Notes under the pieces: model-generated
The model's database searches: none
What the model was told of the DNA's origin: nothing
Seen by the model: only the letters and a program-made list of their open reading frames with translations
Translations under genes and position numbers: made by a program
Assembly: GCA_963780015.1 (NCBI GenBank)
Contig: CAWAAO010000003.1
Coordinates: 329,402-393,401 of the forward strand
Reading direction: 5' to 3'
Length of the DNA: 64,000 nt
From: an uncultured Actinomycetes bacterium
Lineage (GTDB): Bacteria; Actinomycetota; UBA4738; HRBIN12
In this document: positions 53,394 through 64,000 of the stretch, piece by piece
How positions within the stretch are numbered: position 1 is the stretch's first letter
Layout: the number at the start of each line of letters is the position of its first letter

Positions 53394-54134
53394 ATGCCTC
53401 CCTATAAGGAGCAGGGGATCGTCCTGCGTTCGATGAAGCTCGGTGAGGCCGACAAGATCGTGACGATCCTCACCCAGGGCTCGGGGAAGGTACGGGCGGT
53501 CGCCAAGGGGGTTCGCAAGACGACCTCCCGGTTCGGCGCTCGGCTCGAGCCCTTCACCCACGTCAACCTGATGCTCTATCGGGGCAGAGGATCGCTCGAC
53601 ACCATCACGCAGGCCGAGATCCTGTCGCCCCACCGTCAGATCCGCGACGACCTCTCGCTGTTCGCCGCCGCCGAGACGATGGTCGAGGCCGTCGACAAGG
53701 TCGCCGAGGAGCACGAGCGCAACGTGCCGCTGGTCCTGCTGTTGCTCAACGGGCTGCGCGCCCTCGACGCCATGCCGCAGGATCCGACGATCGTGGCGGA
53801 GTCGTTCCTGTTGAAGCTGCTGTCGCTGTCGGGGTTCCACCCCGCGCTCACCGCCTGCGCGGTCTGCGGCGCACCGGACGTCCGGTTGTGGTCGGCGGGG
53901 CTGGGCGGCGCGGTCTGCGCCGGCTGCAGCGATGCCGAGGCCGGCGCCGTGTCGCCCGAGGCCCTGCGGTTCCTGGCGCAGCTGGCGGGCACCGATCTCT
54001 CGACGGTGGGTGCCACCGAGCGACCCGACGCACGCCTGGCCACGGAGGCGCGCGCGATGCTGGTGGGGTTCACGGAATACCACCTGGAGCGGCGCATGAA
54101 GTCGGTGCCGATGCTCGTGCGGACGGCGCGATGA
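53394..54134 (+). CDS. recO: DNA repair protein RecO
   Basis: LGEADKIV, AVAKGVRK, LEPF and CAVC...CAGC zinc finger. Confidence 0.96.
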   Translation: MPPYKEQGIVLRSMKLGEADKIVTILTQGSGKVRAVAKGVRKTTSRFGARLEPFTHVNLMLYRGRGSLDTITQAEILSPHRQIRDDLSLFAAAETMVEAVDKVAEEHERNVPLVLLLLNGLRALDAMPQDPTIVAESFLLKLLSLSGFHPALTACAVCGAPDVRLWSAGLGGAVCAGCSDAEAGAVSPEALRFLAQLAGTDLSTVGATERPDARLATEARAMLVGFTEYHLERRMKSVPMLVRTAR

Positions 54135-54874
54135 GCAGCTACCTGCACGACATCGACCGGACGAACGTGCCCGCGCACGTCGCGATCGTCATGGACGGCA
54201 ACGGCCGCTGGGCGACGCAGCGCGGGCTGCCGCGCACCGAGGGCCACGGCGCCGGCGAGGAGGCGCTGTGGGACACGGTCAAGGGCGCCGTCGAGGTCGG
54301 CGTGCAGTGGTTGACGGTGTATGCGTTCTCGACCGAGAACTGGTCGCGTCCGCCGGCCGAGGTCCTGTACCTCATGAACTTCAACCGCGGACTGCTGCGT
54401 CGTCGGCGTGATGAGCTCAACACGATGAACGTGCGGATCCGATTCATCGGCCGGCGCGACTGGCGCGTCCCGCGCAGCGTCTTGAAGGAGATCGAGATCT
54501 CCGAGGAGCTCACGCGCACCAACACCGGCACGACGCTGACGATCGCGTTCAACTACGGCGGCCGCAAAGAGGTCGTCGACGCGGTCAAGCAGCTCGCGCG
54601 CGAGGTGCAGGCGGGCACCCTCAAGCCCTCGAAGATCGACGACGAGGCGATCGCGTCGCGGCTGTACTCGCCCGACATGCCCGATCCGGACCTGCTGATC
54701 CGCACGAGCGGCGAGATGCGCACGTCCAACTTCCTGCTGTGGGAGCTCGCGTACTCCGAGCTGTGGTTCACGCCGGTGTTCTGGCCGGACTTCAATCGCG
54801 AGCTTCTCTACGAGGCGATCCGCGACTTCCAGAAGCGTGAACGCCGCTTCGGTGGCCTGGCCGAAGACGCCTAG
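54131..54874 (+). CDS. uppS: polyprenyl diphosphate synthase
   Basis: HVAIVMDGNGRWA, AFSTENW, NYGGR and IRTSGE.R.SNFLLW motifs. Confidence 0.96.
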   Translation: MSSYLHDIDRTNVPAHVAIVMDGNGRWATQRGLPRTEGHGAGEEALWDTVKGAVEVGVQWLTVYAFSTENWSRPPAEVLYLMNFNRGLLRRRRDELNTMNVRIRFIGRRDWRVPRSVLKEIEISEELTRTNTGTTLTIAFNYGGRKEVVDAVKQLAREVQAGTLKPSKIDDEAIASRLYSPDMPDPDLLIRTSGEMRTSNFLLWELAYSELWFTPVFWPDFNRELLYEAIRDFQKRERRFGGLAEDA

Positions 54875-54877
54875 GGC

Positions 54878-55453
54878 TCACACGCGCCCGAACGCCCCGC
54901 GGAAGAACGCGTAGCTGCAACCCACGACGGCCGTCGCGATCGCGATGAACTTGGCGATCGGCGGCCCGTACATGATCGTGCCCATCACCGCGAGGCCGGC
55001 CAGCGTGAGCCAGACGGTCTGCTTGATGTCCGCGGGGTCGTGCAGCCACGTGCCCGGGCGCTCGTCGGGAAGCACATCTCGCAATCGACGGCTCGCGATG
55101 TCGCCGGGTACGACCCAGCCACGGGCCCAGATGCCACGCAGCACGACCGCCGCGACGGGGAGTTCGAACAGGAGCAACAGTGGATTGCCGAACAGGGACG
55201 AGACGACGAACGAGGCGACGACGCCGGTCCACGCGATCCGACCGATCGGCCCGAAGGTCGTCGAGGTCTTCTCCCAGCGCGACCAGTGCGGGACGGACGG
55301 GCCACGGACCGTCGGCACATCGACGAACGTGCCGGGCTCCCAGACGGATGCGCGCGGGGTGAGCTCGCGCGCGGGCTCGTAGCAGCGCAGGCACCAGCGG
55401 ACGTTGCCGGCGAGCGGCGCCCCGCAGGCGCGACAGGTCCGGGGAGCGGTCAT
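54878..55453 (-). CDS. zinc-ribbon membrane protein
   Basis: CRAC...CLRC at the N-terminus and four hydrophobic segments. Confidence 0.7.
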   Translation of the reverse strand: MTAPRTCRACGAPLAGNVRWCLRCYEPARELTPRASVWEPGTFVDVPTVRGPSVPHWSRWEKTSTTFGPIGRIAWTGVVASFVVSSLFGNPLLLLFELPVAAVVLRGIWARGWVVPGDIASRRLRDVLPDERPGTWLHDPADIKQTVWLTLAGLAVMGTIMYGPPIAKFIAIATAVVGCSYAFFRGAFGRV

Positions 55454-55462
55454 GCTCGAGGC

Positions 55463-55488
55463 ATCGGCGGAACAGGGGCGGGGGTTCA
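55463..55488 (-). promoter_or_regulatory. putative sigma-28/WhiG-type promoter TGAA-N16-GCCGAT
   Basis: motif lies 9 nt upstream of ATG 55453. Confidence 0.5.
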
Positions 55489-55643
55489 GTTGATCGTGCC
55501 GTGATCGCCGAGGGAGAGAACCGTCCTCACCCCACTTGTCGTATTCCGGTGGCGGAACGGTTCTCGCGGCATCCGACCACGTACGATGGCTCCCACGCCA
55601 GCGGCCGCATCCGGCGGCCGGGAGTATCGAAAGGAGCCACCAG

Positions 55644-56960
55644 GTGCCAGACCTGATGGATGAGATCGTCTCGCTCGCGAAACGCCGCGGCTTCGCCTTC
55701 CAATCCTCCGAGATCTACGGTGGCTTGCGGTCGTCGTGGGACTACGGCCCACTGGGCGTCGAGCTCAAGAACAACATCAAGCAGGCGTGGTGGCGCACGA
55801 TGGTGCAACGACGCGACGACGTCGTCGGCCTGGACGCTGCCGTCATCATGTCGCCCAAGGTCTGGGAGGCGAGCGGGCACCTCGAGGTGTTCGCCGACCC
55901 GCTCGTCGAGTGCCTGAGCTGCCACCAGCGTTTCCGCGAGGATCATCTGCCGGATCCCCGGGTCTGCCCCAACTGCGGCAGCAAGGGTTTCACCGATCCG
56001 CGCAACTTCAACCTGATGTTCAAGACCCATATGGGCCCGGTCCCCGACGACGACAACGCGGTGTTCCTTCGCCCCGAGACCGCCCAGGCGATGTTCGTGG
56101 ACTTCGCGCAGATCCAGGCGTCGTCGCGCAAGAAGATCCCGTTCGGGATCGCGCAGATCGGCAAGTCGTTCCGCAACGAGATCACGCCGGGCAACTTCGT
56201 GTTCCGCATGCGGGAGTTCGAGCAGATGGAGCTCGAATTCTTCGTGGAGCCGGGAACCGACGAGGACTGGCACCAGTCTTGGATCGACATGCGCATGCAG
56301 TGGTATCTCGACCTTGGCCTCAAGCCCGAGCACCTTCGCGTGCGTGAGCATGCGCCCGACGAGCTCAGCCACTACGCGAAGCGCACGGTCGACATCGAGT
56401 TCGCTTTCCCGTGGACCGATTGGGCAGAGCTCGAGGGCGTCGCGAACCGCACCGACTTCGACCTGAAGGCGCACGAGGCGGCCAGCGGCCAGGATCTGTC
56501 CTACTTCGACCAGGAGAAGGAGACGCGCTATCACCCCTTCGTGATCGAGCCGGCCGTGAGCGTCGACCGGGCGTTGCTCGCGTTCCTGATCGACGCCTAC
56601 ACGGTGGATGAGGCGCCCACCGCCAAGGGCACGACCGAGAAGCGCACGGTGCTGCGACTGCACACGGATCTGGCCCCGGTGAAGGTGGCGGTGCTCCCGC
56701 TGTCGCGCAACGAACGGCTCACACCCGAGGCGAAGCGGGTGCACGGTCTGATCCGCGAGCACTGGATGAGCCAGTTCGACGACGCGGGCGCGATCGGGCG
56801 GCGGTACCGTCGCCAGGACGAGATCGGGACGCCGTTTTGCGTCACGGTCGACTTCGATTCGCTCGAGGACCACGCCGTGACGGTGCGCGAGCGCGACTCC
56901 ATGGCCCAGGAGCGCGTCGCGATCGCCGAGGTGACCGACTACCTGCGGGAGCGTTTGTGA
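55644..56960 (+). CDS. glyQS: glycine--tRNA ligase (homodimeric type)
   Basis: [30 protein letters not shown] and [14 protein letters not shown] motifs. Confidence 0.97.
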   Translation: MPDLMDEIVSLAKRRGFAFQSSEIYGGLRSSWDYGPLGVELKNNIKQAWWRTMVQRRDDVVGLDAAVIMSPKVWEASGHLEVFADPLVECLSCHQRFREDHLPDPRVCPNCGSKGFTDPRNFNLMFKTHMGPVPDDDNAVFLRPETAQAMFVDFAQIQASSRKKIPFGIAQIGKSFRNEITPGNFVFRMREFEQMELEFFVEPGTDEDWHQSWIDMRMQWYLDLGLKPEHLRVREHAPDELSHYAKRTVDIEFAFPWTDWAELEGVANRTDFDLKAHEAASGQDLSYFDQEKETRYHPFVIEPAVSVDRALLAFLIDAYTVDEAPTAKGTTEKRTVLRLHTDLAPVKVAVLPLSRNERLTPEAKRVHGLIREHWMSQFDDAGAIGRRYRRQDEIGTPFCVTVDFDSLEDHAVTVRERDSMAQERVAIAEVTDYLRERL

Positions 56961-57158
56961 GCGGGCGCACGGCAGGCTTCGGTCTGTACTTCGTGTCGTT
57001 CGTGTTGTTGGTGGCCGCCGGCGGCGCTGGTCGTCGCGGCAGGGGTGACGTTCCTCGCGTCGCTGACGCCGTTGTATCTGTCGATGGGGCTGTCGATCGC
57101 CGCGATCGCGTGCGCGATGGTGGCGCTTGCGCGCCACACCCGGGACGACGACGGATGA
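56957..57158 (+). CDS. small two-TM membrane protein (one frameshift)
   Basis: start overlaps the glyQS stop and stop overlaps the next ATG; hydrophobic throughout. Confidence 0.55.
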
Positions 57159-58477
57159 CCCGCCGGCTCGCGGCGGCGATCGGGCTCGTCGTGTTCCTGA
57201 CCGCCTGCACCGCGGCCGTGACGGGCACCGCCGGCACCGAGACGTCCTCCGTCGCATCGGGGCATGGCCTTCAGATCCCGTCGGTCCCGCCGGGAGGTGC
57301 AGCGACCGCGCGTGCGGCGATCCGAGCGCTCTGCGTGCCGCTGTCCTCCCCGACAGGGACGCCCGCGTCGGGCACGCTTCCGCCGGAGCTCGCCCAGATC
57401 GCCGATCAGGTCGAGACGGCGCGCGGGCACACGTTCACCACGCCCCCGAAGGCCGAGGCCATCACGGACCAGGAGATGGATCGGCGGCTGGAGGAGAGCT
57501 TCCGGGCCTACTACCCCAAGGACCTGTACGACCGGCGGACGTTCGCGTGGCGCACGATCGGCGTGATCCCGCCCGATGCCGACCTGCACGAGGCCTACCG
57601 CACGTTCCTCACCGGAGAGGTCGTCGGGTTCTACGACCCGGAGACCGGCGAGCTCGTCTATCTCGGGTCCGGCGACCTCGGGTTCACGGAGCGGCTGACC
57701 CTGGCACACGAGCTGACGCACGCGCTGGATGACCAGACGTTCGATCTGACGCGGCTCGATGCATTGGTGAATGCGTGCCAGGACGAGCGGGCCGCCGCCG
57801 CCCTGGGGCTGATCGAGGGGAGCGCCCAGTACTTCTCGGCCGCGTCGATGACCGAGAACCCTGACGTCAGCCTGTCCGATCTGATCGACGCGATCGCGCA
57901 GGCCGCGGCCGGCGGCTCGGCGCCCGAGGGCGTGCCGCCGTTCCTGTACGCGATCAGCATCTGGCCCTACACGGATGGGATGGCCTACGTCGGCACGCTC
58001 GCGGGCACGGGCGGCACCGGCGCAGTGGATCGCGCGTTCGAGCGCTTCCCCGTCTCGACGGAACAGGTGATCCACCCCGATCGATACCCGAGCGATCGAC
58101 CGACCGCCGTGGATGTGCCCGACCTGACGGGCGCGCTCGGGGCCGGCTGGGGCGATCTGGACGCGATGACGATCGGGGAGGAGTGGCTGCGCGCGATGCT
58201 CGCGCTCCACCTGGACGGCGGCGTGGCCGATGCCGCGGCGGCGGGCTGGGACGGCGGCGTGTACCGGGCGTTCACCGACGGGACGGATGTCGTCGTCGCG
58301 CTCCGCACGGACTGGGACTCGACCGAGGATGCGGCGGCGTTCGCCTCGGCCCTCGAGGACTGGTCCGCGGCGGGCGGGTCGCACCCGACGATCACGCAGG
58401 ACGGCACGCGGGTGACGGCGGTCTTCGCGACCACGAACGACGCGCGCGATGCCGCGGCGGCCGCGCTCCGGCCGTGA
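57155..58477 (+). CDS. lipoprotein with HExxH zincin-like metallopeptidase domain
   Basis: lipobox LTAC, GFYDP, AHELTHALDDQ, downstream EG.A, STEQVIHP and AAAGWDG. Confidence 0.8.
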   Translation: MTRRLAAAIGLVVFLTACTAAVTGTAGTETSSVASGHGLQIPSVPPGGAATARAAIRALCVPLSSPTGTPASGTLPPELAQIADQVETARGHTFTTPPKAEAITDQEMDRRLEESFRAYYPKDLYDRRTFAWRTIGVIPPDADLHEAYRTFLTGEVVGFYDPETGELVYLGSGDLGFTERLTLAHELTHALDDQTFDLTRLDALVNACQDERAAAALGLIEGSAQYFSAASMTENPDVSLSDLIDAIAQAAAGGSAPEGVPPFLYAISIWPYTDGMAYVGTLAGTGGTGAVDRAFERFPVSTEQVIHPDRYPSDRPTAVDVPDLTGALGAGWGDLDAMTIGEEWLRAMLALHLDGGVADAAAAGWDGGVYRAFTDGTDVVVALRTDWDSTEDAAAFASALEDWSAAGGSHPTITQDGTRVTAVFATTNDARDAAAAALRP

Positions 58478-59290
58478 GTCGGCGCTGGGTCCGCTGGGGC
58501 ATCCCGCTCGCGCTCGTGCTCATCGCCGTCGCCGTCACGGTGCCGATGACGGTGCGCTCGAGCCCGGGGCCTCCCGACGGGCAGACGTGGGTCGCCACCC
58601 TGGCAACGATCCGCAGGCTCCACGATCAGGACGATGCCGTGGTCGCCCAGTTCTTCGATCGGCCCACGTCGTTCGCGCTCGGGGGCTACAACGGTGCCGT
58701 GTCCGGCGCGAGTTGGGCGAGCGAGGCGCGGTTCGAGGCGGATCTCGCGGCGGGCGCGATCCCCGCCGGCACGCGCGCCGTGATGTATGACCCGGAACGC
58801 TGGGCAGACACCCCCGTGGTGGAGCAGCGCGACCCCGTCGCCGCGATCCGGGCGTTCGCCGCCGCGGCTCGGGCCGCCGGCTACCAGGTGATCGTCACGC
58901 CGCACCCGAACCTGGTCGGGGTCCCGGGGGCCGTCTGCGGTCCGCAACCGGCCGAGTCCCTGGAGGATGCGTTCCTCCGTTGTGGCATCACCGCCGCCGC
59001 GGCTCGCGTCGCCGACGTCGTCGAGGTGCAGGCGCAGTACCTGGAGACCGACCCCGCCCGGTACGCCGACGTTCGTCGGCCGGGCGGCCGAACAGGCTCG
59101 GGCCGCGAACCCCGCGGCCCTCGTCATCTCGGGGCTCTCCACCCGCTTCGCGTCCACCGCCCAGACGCTGGTGGACGCGTGGACGGCGGTGCGCGCCATC
59201 GTCGACGGGCACTACATGGCCGTCCCGGAGGGGATCCGGCCGGAGGTCGCGACCGAGTTCCTGCGGCAGATCGGTGCGAGCGGAACGTAG
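58474..59290 (+). CDS. exported hypothetical protein, possibly glycoside-hydrolase-like barrel (frameshift near 59070)
   Basis: N-terminal signal/TM and AVMYDPERW..TP..EQ pattern. Confidence 0.6.
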
Positions 59291-59332
59291 ACTGGCGATT
59301 CCGCGTTCCACCGACCCGGCCGGAGGCATGCA

Positions 59333-62021
<2,689 letters not shown>

Positions 62022-62025
<4 letters not shown>

Positions 62026-62546
62026 GTCGGCGGCAGCGGACGGTGAGTCCATCCGCGCTCGCATGAACGCGGCGGTCTCGAAGATGGTGCTCGAGGCCAA
62101 TCGCCGCGACCTCGACGAGCTCGCTCGCGGCCGCTACCTCGATGAGATCGGCGTCCACGGGTCACGTCGCGTTCGGGTTCTACGTCGACGGGTTCGGTGA
62201 GGCCGAGGCCGGCTCGCTGTGCAACGCGGCGGTGATCCCGTCGAGCGGTCGTGTTCGTCGACGGTGACGCGTCGGCGGAGCCCGACGCCGAGCTCGGCCG
62301 CGCGCCGCGTGACGGACTGCTCCTTCGAGGTCGAGCCCTGGGAGCACGGCACCGTGACGCAACACCGAGTTCGACGCTCCCTGGCGGATGAAGTCGCTGG
62401 ACGCGCCCGGCTCGCTCGCCGTCGCTGCCCGCGTCGTGGCCCGGTGGCCGGAGGGCTCGGCGACCTTCGCCTTCGCGACGCCCGAGGGTGCGCACGAGGC
62501 GCTGGATGCGCTCGAACGTCACCTGACCAACACGCCGCAGACGTGA
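62022..62546 (+). CDS. hypothetical protein (several frameshifts)
   Basis: coding-like fragments (ESIRARMNAAVSKMVLEAN..., FGFYVDGF, RWPEGSATFAFATPEGA) can be joined across indels. Confidence 0.4.
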
Positions 62547-62617
62547 GATCTGTCACCGAGCGACCGGAGGCCGGCCGCTAGCCTGCATCGTCCTCCCGCC
62601 TTCCCCGACCAGAGGAG

Positions 62618-63238
62618 GTGGAGCGGTTGGCTCGACAGATGGGGGCGGTCGCGCGGGTGTGCGCCGCGATCGCGATGATCGCCGGGGGATGGCTCGTCGG
62701 CGCCGACACGGCGGCGTGGGCGCACCACATGGACGGATGGGTACACGATCACTCGAGCACCGTGATCCCGGCTCGCCCGGACGGGCTCGCCGAGATCCAG
62801 AACACCTACGGGCCGGTGTGCGGCGACAACGCGAACGCCGGACGGTCGTACTGGCCGAGCCAGAGCGCCAGCGGTGCGGGCTACGTCTACTACCACGCCT
62901 ACATCGCGAAGAACGTCGGCGGCAACATCCGCAACCACGTCAACCAAGACCACCGTGACGTCGCCGTTCGGTATCTCGTCGGCGGCTACAACTGCCGCTA
63001 TATCGCGGACTCGACCAGCTGGTCGCTGCACGCGTGGGGCGCCGCGATCGACACGAACTCCTCCACGAACCCGATGGGTCAGGACTTCTGGAACGGCCAT
63101 GGCAGCGACGGGAAGCCCTACGGGACGTACCTGCCGGACGTCTGGCGGGGTCCCTACCCGGGCCACAAGTTCTTCTGGGGGCTCAACTGGGATTCCAAGC
63201 CCGACCCGATGCACTTCCAATACGCCCTGGGCTACTGA
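62618..63238 (+). CDS. secreted M15-family zinc peptidase (peptidoglycan hydrolase)
   Basis: signal peptide, GGYNCR, SLHAWGAAID (SxHxxGxAxD) and DPMHFQ. Confidence 0.85.
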   Translation: MERLARQMGAVARVCAAIAMIAGGWLVGADTAAWAHHMDGWVHDHSSTVIPARPDGLAEIQNTYGPVCGDNANAGRSYWPSQSASGAGYVYYHAYIAKNVGGNIRNHVNQDHRDVAVRYLVGGYNCRYIADSTSWSLHAWGAAIDTNSSTNPMGQDFWNGHGSDGKPYGTYLPDVWRGPYPGHKFFWGLNWDSKPDPMHFQYALGY

Positions 63239-63248
63239 GGAGGTCGAC

Positions 63249-64000
63249 ATGCGCATCAGATTCTTCGTGGCGACCGCGACCGCGGTCGCGGCCCTGGTGG
63301 GGGTTGTCAGCGGCCACCGACCTCCCGTCGCGCTCGCGGACCGCGCCTGCCCGGTCGCCGGCGTCGTGCCCGCGGCCGCGGTTGCCGCGAACGCCGTCCT
63401 CGCCGCCGACGTGCCGCCCACCGACGTATCAGGGCCGACGATGCTCCGACACGTCGCGACGGGGCCGGCCGGCACCGCCGTCGTGCTGGATCGCCCCGGC
63501 GACGACGAGGTGATCGTGTCGACGCCGAGCGGGTCTCTGGCGATCCCACAACGGGGTGAGGTCGCCCACCCGGTGTGGGGTCCGCGGGCCTCGCTCGCAT
63601 GGGGGCTCGAGGACCGTCTTGTGCTCCGCTCCGCTCGCGGGGCGATCCGATCCGTGCCGGGCCCTGTGCCGGACGCCACGATCGTCGCACCCGTGTTCGA
63701 CGGGCCCGATGTCGTCGCGGTCGTCTCGGCGGCGCCGACGCGCGCCGTCCCCGAGGACGACTGGTCGAACGACCTGTGGCGCTATCGGAGCGATCGCGAC
63801 CGCTGGGTCCGGCTCACCGCGTTCCCCGCGGGCGCCGACCGCTGGACGGCGATCCGCACGCCGTTCGCCACACCCGATGGTTCGATCGAGTTCGTGGTGA
63901 TCCGCGGTCGCGCCTCGCAGACCCGCATGCCACACTTCTCGCTGTGGCGACTGCGCGGCGACCGGGTCACGCGGCTTGCCTCGCTCCCGGACGAGCGATA
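63249..64000 (+). CDS. secreted beta-rich protein, possibly a propeller (truncated by the window end)
   Basis: SD GAGGAGG; signal peptide MRIRFFVATATAVAALVGVV; frame stays open to the end; HPVWGP and DLWRY blade-like motifs. Confidence 0.65.
   Translation, partial: MRIRFFVATATAVAALVGVVSGHRPPVALADRACPVAGVVPAAAVAANAVLAADVPPTDVSGPTMLRHVATGPAGTAVVLDRPGDDEVIVSTPSGSLAIPQRGEVAHPVWGPRASLAWGLEDRLVLRSARGAIRSVPGPVPDATIVAPVFDGPDVVAVVSAAPTRAVPEDDWSNDLWRYRSDRDRWVRLTAFPAGADRWTAIRTPFATPDGSIEFVVIRGRASQTRMPHFSLWRLRGDRVTRLASLPDER

Noticed and set aside
55490-55643. T-box riboswitch before glyQS
   Set aside because: No T-box antiterminator consensus or specifier stem is visible, and the predicted leader is only about 50 nt.

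Overview
64 kb of a high-GC Actinomycetota chromosome; the lineage is inferred from gene order and promoter style. The conserved backbone is mreBCD-pbp2-rodA, rne-rplU-rpmA-obg, nadD-LCP-rsfS, tRNA-Ala(GGC), leuS, comEA-comEC-holA, rpsT, lepA-hemW, CIRCE-hrcA-dnaJ-HIT-phoH-ybeY-CNNM-cdd-era-deoC-recO-uppS, glyQS and ppdK. Accessory genes are inserted between these blocks. Many genes, including essential ones, have small frameshifts that look like long-read assembly errors. I found no integrase, transposase, CRISPR array or rRNA. The most notable observations are: (1) four tandem, diverged phospholipase C/acid phosphatase-family lipoprotein genes, each with its own leaderless-type -10 box; (2) a recurring sigma-28/WhiG-like promoter (TNAN-N16-GCCGAW) before a c-di-GMP enzyme, a REC-histidine kinase and a zinc-ribbon membrane protein; (3) a CRP-type box at the class II position of the comEA-comEC promoter; (4) two adjacent genes next to the tRNA that share an uncharacterised coiled-coil domain; (5) a long structured rne leader; (6) an apparently autoregulated ECF sigma factor with a Ca-binding-repeat membrane partner. 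All calls come from reading the sequence; no database searches were run.
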